Assembly (NCBI GenBank): GCA_023380935.1 | Contig: JAMCST010000009.1 | Location: 27,760-91,759 of the forward strand | DNA: 64,000 nt | Origin: Patescibacteria group bacterium | Lineage (GTDB): Bacteria; Patescibacteriota; Microgenomatia; UBA1406; GWC2-37-13 | Direction of reading: 5' to 3' | Shown: positions 1 through 8,038 of the stretch, piece after piece | Layout: the number at the start of each line of letters is the position of its first letter | How positions within the stretch are numbered: position 1 is the stretch's first letter | Made by a program: the position numbers and the translations under genes | The notes under the pieces: generated by a model | Told to the model about the DNA's origin: nothing | The model's database searches: none | The model's input: only the letters and a program-made list of their open reading frames with translations

Positions 1-2703
1 TTTGTCCTTAATAAAAACCTTTATAACGGAATTTCCGAGGATGACCGGTCAGACTTTAGAAAACAGCACGTGGGGATGATTTATCAGCAACCCAACTGGA
101 TACGTTCATTAAACGTGGTAGAGAATGTGGCTTTTCCGCTTACTCTTCTGGGAAAGAACCGAGCGCAGTCTCTGGTTAAGGCCGGACAAATGCTTAGACT
201 TACCAAAATGGATCGCTGGGTTAATTATTACCCCAGCGAACTTTCCTCCGGACAGCAGCAAAAAGTTGCCTTAGCGAGAGCCCTTGTTACCAACCCCGAA
301 ATAATACTGGCTGATGAGCCAACGGGCAACCTTGACTACCAGTCCGGACAGGAACTGATGGAAATGTTTACCGAGCTTAATAAAAACGGAAAGACAGTTG
401 TCATGGTAACACACGATTTAAATTACCTGACATTTGCAAAGAGGGCAGTAAGAATATTTGACGGTCGCATCGCCGAAACTTATGAGGGGGCAAAAAAAGA
501 TAAACTTTTAGCCAGTCTTGAACAAAAACGTACCGGCGGAAATTTAACCCTTACGGAAAATAACCTAATAAAGGCGGCGATTGATAATGCTGACGTGCAA
601 AAAACAGTTAAGCAAGAAGTAACATTTAAAAACCCGAAAGCGACACAACTTAAAGAAAAATTTCACCTTTCCAGATTTTTTCATAAAACTCTTGCAACAA
701 TCAGATACAGTTTTAACTTCTTGGTGATTCTTACCTTATACCTTTGCAACCGGCTTATCTTTAGTCACTTAAAAAGATTAGGGTTTTTGTTAAACATTTC
801 ACCTATCAGGAGCCTGGTTGCTTTTTATAACAAAGTAAGCACAAAACTTCTTAGTACACTTGACAGCGCATCGGGTGAGTCCATTTCGGAAACCGATCTG
901 GTGGAGCTGGCGATAAGCAACATGGCGGTAAAAAGAGTCAGGACGCTGGTTACAGTTGGCGGCATGATGCTAAGTATCGGCGCAATTGTCTTTTTGGTTT
1001 CGGTAGGCTACGGGTTGCAGCAGTTGGTGGTTACCCGTGTTGCCCGGCTTGAGGAAATGAAACAGGCCGATATTACTCCGCAAACCGGCGGGAAAATAAA
1101 GATCAATGATAAAACTTTAGCCGATTTTAAGGATATCCCGCAGGTTGAAATGGCTCTACCGCTTTTGGCGGTAGTGGGACGTGTCAACTACCAAAACTCG
1201 GTTTCCGATATGGCAGTATATGGCGTTACTACTGATTATCTGAAACAATCGGCAATTAAACCGGTTGAGGGAAAGATATTTAATAGCAACGATTTGGTGT
1301 CCAGTCTTAAAACTCCGACAAACAGTGACGGGCAGGTGGCTGGTTCTTCCACGGAGAAAGCCGTTTTTGGGGAGAAAATCCAAAATGTGGAATACACAAT
1401 TGATCCATCCACTTGGGTAAGAGTACGCGAGGGGCCATCAACCAGCGATAAAATCTTGGGATACACTAAGCGGGTTGAGGGGAAATCACAGGGCGAGGAA
1501 ACCTGGGGGTTAAGCTATATTTCAGAGGATGAAAGCGGAAAGGCGGGAACAACGGAAGACGGCAAAACTTTAGGAAAGTGGATTAAAGCTCCGGTTCTTC
1601 TTTGGAAGGAACAAATTTGCGATCAGAAAACAGAGGGTGATTGCGAAGACGGGAAATACATGGTTTTGCGAGATGAGGATAACAAGCAGGTACAAAAATC
1701 TGGTTATTTTGCCGAACTTGGTTTAAGCGTAAAGGGCGCAAATGTCAGTAAATCGCAGGTTTTGGGAGTAAGCTCGGATTTATCAACCGCAACCGGCGAT
1801 GCCTCAAAGAGCGCAAAAACCGACCCTAACGCTTCTATTAACTGGGTAGATATTGCCTCGGAGTCCGGGACGGTTGCCCCGCCTGAAACAAAAACCGTGG
1901 AACTTTCCGGAAATGCCAAAAGAGAGGCAGTGGTTAACCGCGCCATGCTTAAGGTTCTTGGGATTAAGGAAAATGAGGCTGTAGGCAAAAAATTTAACGT
2001 TTCCTTTGTCGTAGTCGGAGACCTTCTAAATGATAATGCGGAAAAAATCGAGTCGGCCGCAACCGAATACACAATTGTCGGCGTAACGCCTGATGAAAAA
2101 ACACCTGTTTTTTATGTTCCCTTTATTGATTTACGGTCTCTTGGCGTAACCAACTACTCTCAAGTTACAATTGTAGTAAAAGATCAAGCAAATTTGTCAA
2201 CGGTTAGAAAACAAATCGAGGCTATGGGATATGTAACCAGATCAGTTACCGATACGGTGGCCCAGATAAATTCACTGTTTGCCACCGCCCGTACAATTTT
2301 GGTGCTTTTAGGGATGGTTGCCTTAGCTGTTGCCGCATTGGGAATGTTTAATACGCTAACCGTTTCTCTTTTGGAGCGAACCCGTGAAGTGGGACTTATG
2401 AAAGCCATGGGGATGAAGTCGTCGGAAGTGCAGGAACTATTTCTAACGGAGTCGATGATTATGGGTTTTACGGGCGGAATTTTAGGGATAATACTTGGGT
2501 TTTTAATCGGTAAACTGGCGGGGCTTGTTTTGTCTTTCTTGGCCGTTTTCAGAGGCGCGGGATTTATAGACATTTCCTATATCCCCTTCTCGTTTGTAGC
2601 TACGGTTGTTTTGCTTTCCATCTTAGTTGGTGTTATAACCGGAATCTACCCGGCCAAACGAGCCACCAAAATTTCAGCACTTAATGCCTTACGGTATGAA
2701 TAA
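1..2703 (+). CDS. MacB-like fused ABC ATPase / FtsX-type permease (5' partial)
   Basis: Frame is open from base 1. Signature LSSGQQQKV, Walker B IILADEPTGNLD, H-loop VTHD. TM segment followed by a large extracytoplasmic domain. C-terminal FtsX motif ERTREVGLMKAMG...YPAKRA...ALRYE. Confidence 0.92.
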   Translation, partial: FVLNKNLYNGISEDDRSDFRKQHVGMIYQQPNWIRSLNVVENVAFPLTLLGKNRAQSLVKAGQMLRLTKMDRWVNYYPSELSSGQQQKVALARALVTNPEIILADEPTGNLDYQSGQELMEMFTELNKNGKTVVMVTHDLNYLTFAKRAVRIFDGRIAETYEGAKKDKLLASLEQKRTGGNLTLTENNLIKAAIDNADVQKTVKQEVTFKNPKATQLKEKFHLSRFFHKTLATIRYSFNFLVILTLYLCNRLIFSHLKRLGFLLNISPIRSLVAFYNKVSTKLLSTLDSASGESISETDLVELAISNMAVKRVRTLVTVGGMMLSIGAIVFLVSVGYGLQQLVVTRVARLEEMKQADITPQTGGKIKINDKTLADFKDIPQVEMALPLLAVVGRVNYQNSVSDMAVYGVTTDYLKQSAIKPVEGKIFNSNDLVSSLKTPTNSDGQVAGSSTEKAVFGEKIQNVEYTIDPSTWVRVREGPSTSDKILGYTKRVEGKSQGEETWGLSYISEDESGKAGTTEDGKTLGKWIKAPVLLWKEQICDQKTEGDCEDGKYMVLRDEDNKQVQKSGYFAELGLSVKGANVSKSQVLGVSSDLSTATGDASKSAKTDPNASINWVDIASESGTVAPPETKTVELSGNAKREAVVNRAMLKVLGIKENEAVGKKFNVSFVVVGDLLNDNAEKIESAATEYTIVGVTPDEKTPVFYVPFIDLRSLGVTNYSQVTIVVKDQANLSTVRKQIEAMGYVTRSVTDTVAQINSLFATARTILVLLGMVALAVAALGMFNTLTVSLLERTREVGLMKAMGMKSSEVQELFLTESMIMGFTGGILGIILGFLIGKLAGLVLSFLAVFRGAGFIDISYIPFSFVATVVLLSILVGVITGIYPAKRATKISALNALRYE

Positions 2704-2745
2704 AAAGTCAAGGGAAAAGTGTTAAGAAACCTATCATATCTTCAT

Positions 2746-2835
2746 ATGGGTACAGAAGATCAAAAACTAGCCAAAGTTTTCAGAGAAGCCAGAGAAAGAG
2801 CCGGTCTAAAAATAAGCAGAGACTCCCGTCACTGA
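2746..2835 (+). pseudogene. Truncated XRE-family HTH regulator (first 21 codons, then runs into IS DNA)
   Basis: MGTEDQKLAKVFREARERAGL resembles the first helix of XRE HTH proteins. TATCAT lies 8 nt before the ATG. The frame stops inside the IS left hairpin. Confidence 0.6.
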
Positions 2836-2872
2836 AGCTTGGGCTAGTAAGCCCTTGCGAAGGGACGGGAGT
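2822..2872 (+). repeat. IS left-end hairpin
   Basis: ACTCCCGTC...GACGGGAGT outer stem with an inner GGGCT-AGTA-AGCCC stem. Confidence 0.85.
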
Positions 2873-2913
2873 GAATGCCCGAGCGAGATGTCGATGCGAT
2901 ACAATAAGAGAAT

Positions 2914-3351
2914 ATGGACATAAGGTTGTTGCCCCATACGGCCTATAGGTGCCAGTATCACATTGTTTGGGTCACCAAGTATCGTCATCGAGCTCTGAAT
3001 CCTGTGAAGTTTCGGTCTGTTGCAGAGAAAGCGATTAAGAATGCGGCAGAGATGATCAATGCGGTGGAGGTGGTGGAAATGAACGTCCAGCCGGAACACG
3101 TTCATCTGATCATGATTATTCCACCCAAATATGCTGTGTCAAAAATTGTTGAGATTGTGAAATCAAGAAGCGCAAAAATCATACGGAAAGAAATCCAATG
3201 GTTGGAAAAGCTGTATGATGCCACCAATAGCATGTGGACGGTTGGCTACTTCGTCTCAACGGTTGGGATCGATGAAGTATTCATCAAACAGTATGTACGA
3301 TACCAACAGAAACAGGATTCAGGACAAGCGAAGCTTGAATTTCACCAGTAA
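2914..3351 (+). CDS. tnpA: IS200/IS605 family HUH (Y1) transposase
   Basis: YHIVWVTKYR, HUH motif EHVHL, WTVGYFVSTVG, catalytic YVRYQ. Confidence 0.95.
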   Translation: MDIRLLPHTAYRCQYHIVWVTKYRHRALNPVKFRSVAEKAIKNAAEMINAVEVVEMNVQPEHVHLIMIIPPKYAVSKIVEIVKSRSAKIIRKEIQWLEKLYDATNSMWTVGYFVSTVGIDEVFIKQYVRYQQKQDSGQAKLEFHQ

Positions 3352-3352
3352 A

Positions 3353-3392
3353 GTACCCCGTCACTGAAACGAAGTTGAAGGGACGGGGGTAT
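3353..3392 (+). repeat. IS right-end hairpin
   Basis: GTACCCCGTCACTGAA...GAAGGGACGGGGGTAT shares CCCGTCACTGAA and GAAGGGACGGG with the left hairpin. Confidence 0.85.
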
Positions 3393-3471
3393 CTATATAT
3401 TGATATAACGGGCCAATCATTAAATCGGGAACTTTAAAACAATACGGAAGCATTTGGCTTCAATTTTGCTT

Positions 3472-3492
3472 TCGGGAGGACAGGAATCGAAC
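3472..3492 (-). other. tRNA 3'-end fragment (T-loop, T-stem, acceptor half; Pro-like)
   Basis: Minus strand reads GTTCGATTCCTGTCCTCCCGA. No D-arm or anticodon arm. Confidence 0.5.
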
Positions 3493-3536
3493 TTTTTAAA
3501 CCGATGATCAATAGATAAAAGCAAGTTAATCTTCTC

Positions 3537-4808
3537 CTATATTTTTTTTGTAATTACTGAAGTATTAAAATATGGAATAAAATAAACCCTGGTATTCTCC
3601 AGAGTTATTTCTTGAGTCAGACTAAGATTAACAACGAAAGCTTTCGACGTCCTATATTTACTCAAGAACGATCTGAACGATCGACCCATTTCTGGTGTCT
3701 TTAAATTTGTATATTTAACTTCTATGGGAAGAATGTCTTTTCCGGTATTAATAACAAAGTCAACTTCTGCTTTATCTTTTGTCCTCCAGAAGTGGATTGT
3801 TGTTGGGGTAAGCTGGAAAATACTGACGAGATTGTTAAAGATAAAGTTCTCAAACAAAAAACCAGAAGAATCAAAGGCGGCATTACCAAATTGACTGATG
3901 GCGAAATTCCGAAGCCCTAGATCGTTGAAGTAATAAACTGGGCTTTTAGTTATTTCTTTCCTTGTGTTTTTAAAGTAGGGAGTAACTTTACTAATGATAA
4001 ACGTCTTTTCCAAATACCATAAATAATTTTTTACTGTGGGAGACGAAACTCCTAAAGTATTGGAAAGTTCAGAAATATTTACCAAACTACCTATTTGGGA
4101 TGACAAAATCCGTAATAAATCTGTCAAGCTTCCTGTTTTTTTTATATTCAGCAAAACAGACATGTCTTTTTCTAAAAAACTTTGATAAATATCAGCAATT
4201 ACCGCCCGTTTCTCTTTGGTGGTAGAAGCTAATACCACTTTTGGATAACCACCGAAATTGAGATATTCCTCAAGGTAATTCCGAGCTTGCTCCCTAAAAA
4301 GATCAAAATAAGATGCAAGTTCTGCGAACGAACTACCTTCTTGGATATGTTTGTAATCTGTTTTATAAGCAATAAATTCTTCGAAACTTAGAGTTGTTAG
4401 TTCAAACAATCTTTTTCTTCCGGGCAATGATTCATGAATCTTTTCTTTAAGCTCAATGCTTCCTGATCCTGATACGATCAATTTGTACGGAAGTTTCATA
4501 TCGTAAAGACCTTTAAGAAATATTCCAGCATTTTCTTTTCTCTGAATTTCGTCAATAAAAACGTAGCCTTTTTCATTTCCAATCTCGTAAATAATCCTTT
4601 GTATAAGTTTTTCCTGTGTGTCAAAAAATGGCCTATCTGCAGTAAAATCAAGGTTAAGGAAGAGTGTTTTCTCACCTTTTTTCCTTAAATCATCCCTTAA
4701 TATTTCCATTATGGTTGTTTTTCCAGCCTGACGAGGTCCAACAATCATCGTAATTTCCGGGTGTAAAAGATGGGTTTGTATCTGGCTAAGCAGTTTTCTT
4801 CTAATCAT
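3537..4808 (-). CDS. AAA_14-family ATPase with DUF4143-like C-terminus
   Basis: Walker A GPRQAGKTT, Walker B VFIDEIQ, SGSGS, GGYP, C-terminal EVDFV...PIEVK nuclease-like motif. Confidence 0.92.
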   Translation of the reverse strand: MIRRKLLSQIQTHLLHPEITMIVGPRQAGKTTIMEILRDDLRKKGEKTLFLNLDFTADRPFFDTQEKLIQRIIYEIGNEKGYVFIDEIQRKENAGIFLKGLYDMKLPYKLIVSGSGSIELKEKIHESLPGRKRLFELTTLSFEEFIAYKTDYKHIQEGSSFAELASYFDLFREQARNYLEEYLNFGGYPKVVLASTTKEKRAVIADIYQSFLEKDMSVLLNIKKTGSLTDLLRILSSQIGSLVNISELSNTLGVSSPTVKNYLWYLEKTFIISKVTPYFKNTRKEITKSPVYYFNDLGLRNFAISQFGNAAFDSSGFLFENFIFNNLVSIFQLTPTTIHFWRTKDKAEVDFVINTGKDILPIEVKYTNLKTPEMGRSFRSFLSKYRTSKAFVVNLSLTQEITLENTRVYFIPYFNTSVITKKI

Positions 4809-4816
4809 ATATTTCT

Positions 4817-4844
4817 ATTATAACCCGAGAATTATAAATGTCAA
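4817..4844 (-). promoter_or_regulatory. Sigma70-type promoter of the ATPase gene
   Basis: TTGACA-16 nt-TATAAT on the minus strand, ending 8 nt before the ATG. Confidence 0.65.
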
Positions 4845-4946
4845 GTTATGTTTAAGTACGAGAAATATATTAGTACAGCCTGACTTTTGGCTTAATGGCG
4901 CTATTTCTCTGTCTGCTTAGTTGAATAACCTCCAATTTATTAAAAT

Positions 4947-4998
4947 GAATGAGAACTTGGTCGATTAAAAGTTCAAAATAATTGCGTCTCCCGCTCCA
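4947..4998 (+). repeat. Direct repeat copy 1 (att-like, ends in tRNA-Gly-like 3' end)
   Basis: 52 bp, identical to 6418-6470 except for one T indel. Ends in CGTCTCCCGCTCCA. Confidence 0.9.
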
Positions 4999-5152
4999 GA
5001 CGGGGCACTTTGAGTATCAAAGTGCTTAATGTATTGATATAACGGTTTAATTTTAAAATTACCATTTTCCCGTATCATGTCTCTCTTCAAATTCGTGAAA
5101 TTTTTAGCTTAAACCGGGTTCAAATCCCGCCTCTTCGTTTTATAGCTCAAAC

Positions 5153-5232
5153 ATAGATAAGGAAATTCTTATCTACGATAAATGCCGCTTGACATATCAT
5201 AAACTACGATTTATACTATTGATCGTAGATAA
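5153..5232 (+). promoter_or_regulatory. fic promoter with inverted-repeat operator candidates
   Basis: TTGACA (5189-5194)-17 nt-TATACT (5212-5217), flanked by the perfect inverted pair TTATCTACGAT (5169-5179) / ATCGTAGATAA (5222-5232). Confidence 0.7.
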
Positions 5233-5255
5233 CCAATTGTCAATCTATAACAGCC

Positions 5256-6392
5256 ATGAGAACAGGAAACTACGTAAATCAACAAAAAGGAGAGATTCGA
5301 TATAGGGCTTTTATTCCGAACGAATTGCCCCTTGATTTTGTTATTGATTCTGAATTACAGACTCTTCTTTCTAAGGCTGACCAGGCGCTTGGTCGGTTAG
5401 ATAGTATTGGGGAGATCGTTCCGGATGTCGATTTTTTCATTCTGATGTATGTAAGGAAGGAGGCTACCTTATCCAGTCAAATCGAAGGCACGCAAGCAAC
5501 ATTTGTCGATGTTCTTAAAGCTGAGGCAAAAGTTAAGGATTTGGAAATACACAAAGACGTTGATGAAATATTAAATTACATCAATGCGATGAATTATGGC
5601 CTGGAAAGGTTAAAGGATTTACCTTTATCATTAAGACTGATTAAAGAGATTCATACAAAATTATTACATGGTGTTCGCGGGGAATGGAAAACACCAGGCG
5701 ATTTTAGAACTTCACAGAACTGGGTCGGAGGTTCTAGTGTCCGAAATGCTACCTTTGTCCCTCCTCCTGAATCAGAGCTCATGCGTTTGATGGGCAATCT
5801 TGAAAAATATTTCCATGACATTAAACCGACACCCATTCTTATTAAAACTGGCGTTATTCATGCCCATTTTGAAACAATTCACCCTTTCCTGGATGGCAAC
5901 GGCAGGATCGGCAGACTTTTAATTACGTTCTATTTATGCCAACAAAATGTATTAAAACAACCCCTACTATATCTTTCAGAATTTTTTAAAGAATACAGGC
6001 AGGTGTATTACGACAAACTCAACGCCTATCGAGAAAATGACGACATTGAAGGTTGGCTTAAATTTTACTTAGAAGCGGTTATGGTAACGGCGGAAAAAGC
6101 AGTAACCACATCGAGAAAAATTATTAAATTACGCGAAGAGGACACTCATAAGGTTGCTTCTCTTGGCAGATCTTCTGGAAGAGGAATTAGATTGCTTAAT
6201 TATTTATATAAAAAGCCCCTTATAACTATTAGAGGGGTAGAAAAAGTAGTTGGGCTAAAAAACCCTAACGCATTAAATCTTGTCTCTAAATTAGAAAAGA
6301 TTGGAATTTTGAAGGAAATTACTGGTAAAAGCAGAAATCGAATATATTCCTATGATGGTTATGTTAAACTTTTTTCAGTTCCAGAAAATTGA
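5256..6392 (+). CDS. Fic/DOC family protein with C-terminal winged-helix-like region
   Basis: Intact Fic motif HPFLDGNGRIGR. Internal inhibitory-helix motif SSQIEGT. Confidence 0.95.
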   Translation: MRTGNYVNQQKGEIRYRAFIPNELPLDFVIDSELQTLLSKADQALGRLDSIGEIVPDVDFFILMYVRKEATLSSQIEGTQATFVDVLKAEAKVKDLEIHKDVDEILNYINAMNYGLERLKDLPLSLRLIKEIHTKLLHGVRGEWKTPGDFRTSQNWVGGSSVRNATFVPPPESELMRLMGNLEKYFHDIKPTPILIKTGVIHAHFETIHPFLDGNGRIGRLLITFYLCQQNVLKQPLLYLSEFFKEYRQVYYDKLNAYRENDDIEGWLKFYLEAVMVTAEKAVTTSRKIIKLREEDTHKVASLGRSSGRGIRLLNYLYKKPLITIRGVEKVVGLKNPNALNLVSKLEKIGILKEITGKSRNRIYSYDGYVKLFSVPEN

Positions 6393-6417
6393 TAAAACTC
6401 TTTTAGCTTGGCGAAAC

Positions 6418-6470
6418 GAATGAGAACTTGGTCGATTAAAAGTTCAAAATAATTTGCGTCTCCCGCTCCA
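6418..6470 (+). repeat. Direct repeat copy 2 (att-like, ends in tRNA-Gly-like 3' end)
   Basis: 53 bp match to 4947-4998. Confidence 0.9.
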
Positions 6471-6520
6471 TACGTGACAGAAATGTACATAAAATGACAG
6501 TAAAATTACAATAATTAACA

Positions 6521-7261
6521 ATGACGAACTCTTCAACTCTTGCACAATGGAATGATTCAGCCGATTGGTACGATAAAAACATGGGTGAAGAGGGAGATAA
6601 GCTAAATAGGACAATTATTCGTCCCAATGTTCTTCGTGTATTGGGAAATCTTCAAGGAAAAACACTCTTAGATGTTGGATGTGGCAGTGGTTATCTCACT
6701 TCCGAATTGGCAAAAACAGCCGAAAAAATAGTTGGCACTGATTTTGCTCCAGATTTTGTTAAAATCTGCCGAGAAAAGTATAAAAATCAACATAATCTTT
6801 CGTTTCAGGTTCAAGATGTTACTCAGGAATTTATCTTTCCGAGTGAGAGTTTTGATATAGTGCTCTGTAAAATGGTTCTGCAATACGTTGAAAATATTGA
6901 CAATTTTGCTAAAGAATCAACAAGACTTTTAAAGATGGGTGGAAAAGTAGTTGTGATTGTTGACCATCCTTTTAATAGCCAGTTTTACTACGCTCAAAGC
7001 CTAACTGGGAAAAAGAACCCTAAGTACGAAGACTTGAAAGACTATTTTTCTAGAGAACCACAAACCAAGTTGTCATTATGGGGTAAGGTTAAGTTAACTT
7101 GGTACCCCAAAACCATATCTGATTATATCCAGCCATTCACAAAGGTAGGACTACATTTGTCCAACATTGAAGAACTTGAAGAGACCAAAGAAAGTGTAAG
7201 AATTCCGAGAATTTTGTTATTAGAGTTTAAATCGGTCTCTACGGCTAAGACAGGTCTCTAA
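6521..7261 (+). CDS. Class I SAM-dependent methyltransferase
   Basis: LLDVGCGSG motif I, FDIVLC, VDHP. Confidence 0.9.
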   Translation: MTNSSTLAQWNDSADWYDKNMGEEGDKLNRTIIRPNVLRVLGNLQGKTLLDVGCGSGYLTSELAKTAEKIVGTDFAPDFVKICREKYKNQHNLSFQVQDVTQEFIFPSESFDIVLCKMVLQYVENIDNFAKESTRLLKMGGKVVVIVDHPFNSQFYYAQSLTGKKNPKYEDLKDYFSREPQTKLSLWGKVKLTWYPKTISDYIQPFTKVGLHLSNIEELEETKESVRIPRILLLEFKSVSTAKTGL

Positions 7262-7516
7262 CTAATATTTTACGCTGTCAGCTCTCTTAAAAGGTACCTT
7301 TTACCATAGAGATCACTCGGTAAGACTATTTTCCATTAATTACTTCGTGAGAAGTTTAAGCATCTTGTGGGACCATATGGTCTATTATAAACCCAGTGAT
7401 CGTTTTGCGGCCTGAGAGATATTTTTCAATATATCCATCCAGTCCTCCCCGCAACGTTCAAGCCAGAGATAGGTAGGCAGACTGGACACCGGTCATAAAA
7501 ATACTAGAATAAACGT

Positions 7517-7978
7517 ATGGATAAACTTGTCAGCGACTTTAAATCGGCGCAAGCAGGCTTCATTAATGCGCTGGAAAAGTTTCCCGTCGAGAAAGTCGAT
7601 GAAACGCTGTTTGGCGACTGGAACCTCAAAGATGTGGTGGCCCATTTCGTCGGGTGGGATAAGGAATTTACAAGCGCGTTAAAATCGTTTCGCAAAGGGA
7701 TTCAATATAAGTATTGGGGGAAGATATACGAGTTTAACGAGAAGGTTGTCTCGGCGTCAAAAAACAAATCCTGGCAGGAAATATTGGCCGAGTTTAAGAA
7801 ATCCGGGGACGACTTTATCGCGGGCTATGCCGGCTATCCGGAAAATCTGCTCAGCCATAAAATATGGAAAGATAAAATATATACACCGGCAAGGATTATG
7901 GAAATCAATATCCATCATTATCGAAAAGCCCAATTCGTCAAGATAAACGCATTGCTTAAGAAATGGGGGTTGTTATGA
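7517..7978 (+). CDS. DinB/ClbS-DfsB-like four-helix bundle protein
   Basis: WNLKDVVAHFVGWD and a late HHY motif. Confidence 0.7.
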   Translation: MDKLVSDFKSAQAGFINALEKFPVEKVDETLFGDWNLKDVVAHFVGWDKEFTSALKSFRKGIQYKYWGKIYEFNEKVVSASKNKSWQEILAEFKKSGDDFIAGYAGYPENLLSHKIWKDKIYTPARIMEINIHHYRKAQFVKINALLKKWGLL

Positions 7979-8038
7979 ATACACATCGGCCGATTTTCGT
8001 TTTGACAACAACAGTAATGGTTGGCGTTTCCCAGCCGC

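Larger units (their letters stand above)
2809..3393 (+). mobile_element. IS200-type insertion sequence (tnpA only); ends approximate
   Basis: Y1 transposase flanked by related subterminal hairpins at 2822-2872 and 3353-3392. No tnpB. Confidence 0.85.

Noticed and set aside
4947..6470. CRISPR array from the 52-bp direct repeats
   Set aside because: Only two copies, 1.4 kb apart, with a gene between them and no cas genes.
3472..6470. Complete tRNA genes
   Set aside because: Only T-arm or acceptor fragments are present; there are no D or anticodon arms.
7262..7500. Structured ncRNA or gene remnant between the methyltransferase and the DinB-like gene
   Set aside because: Only short inverted repeats (GACCATATGGTC, CCAGTC/GACTGG) and short frames; no recognisable family.
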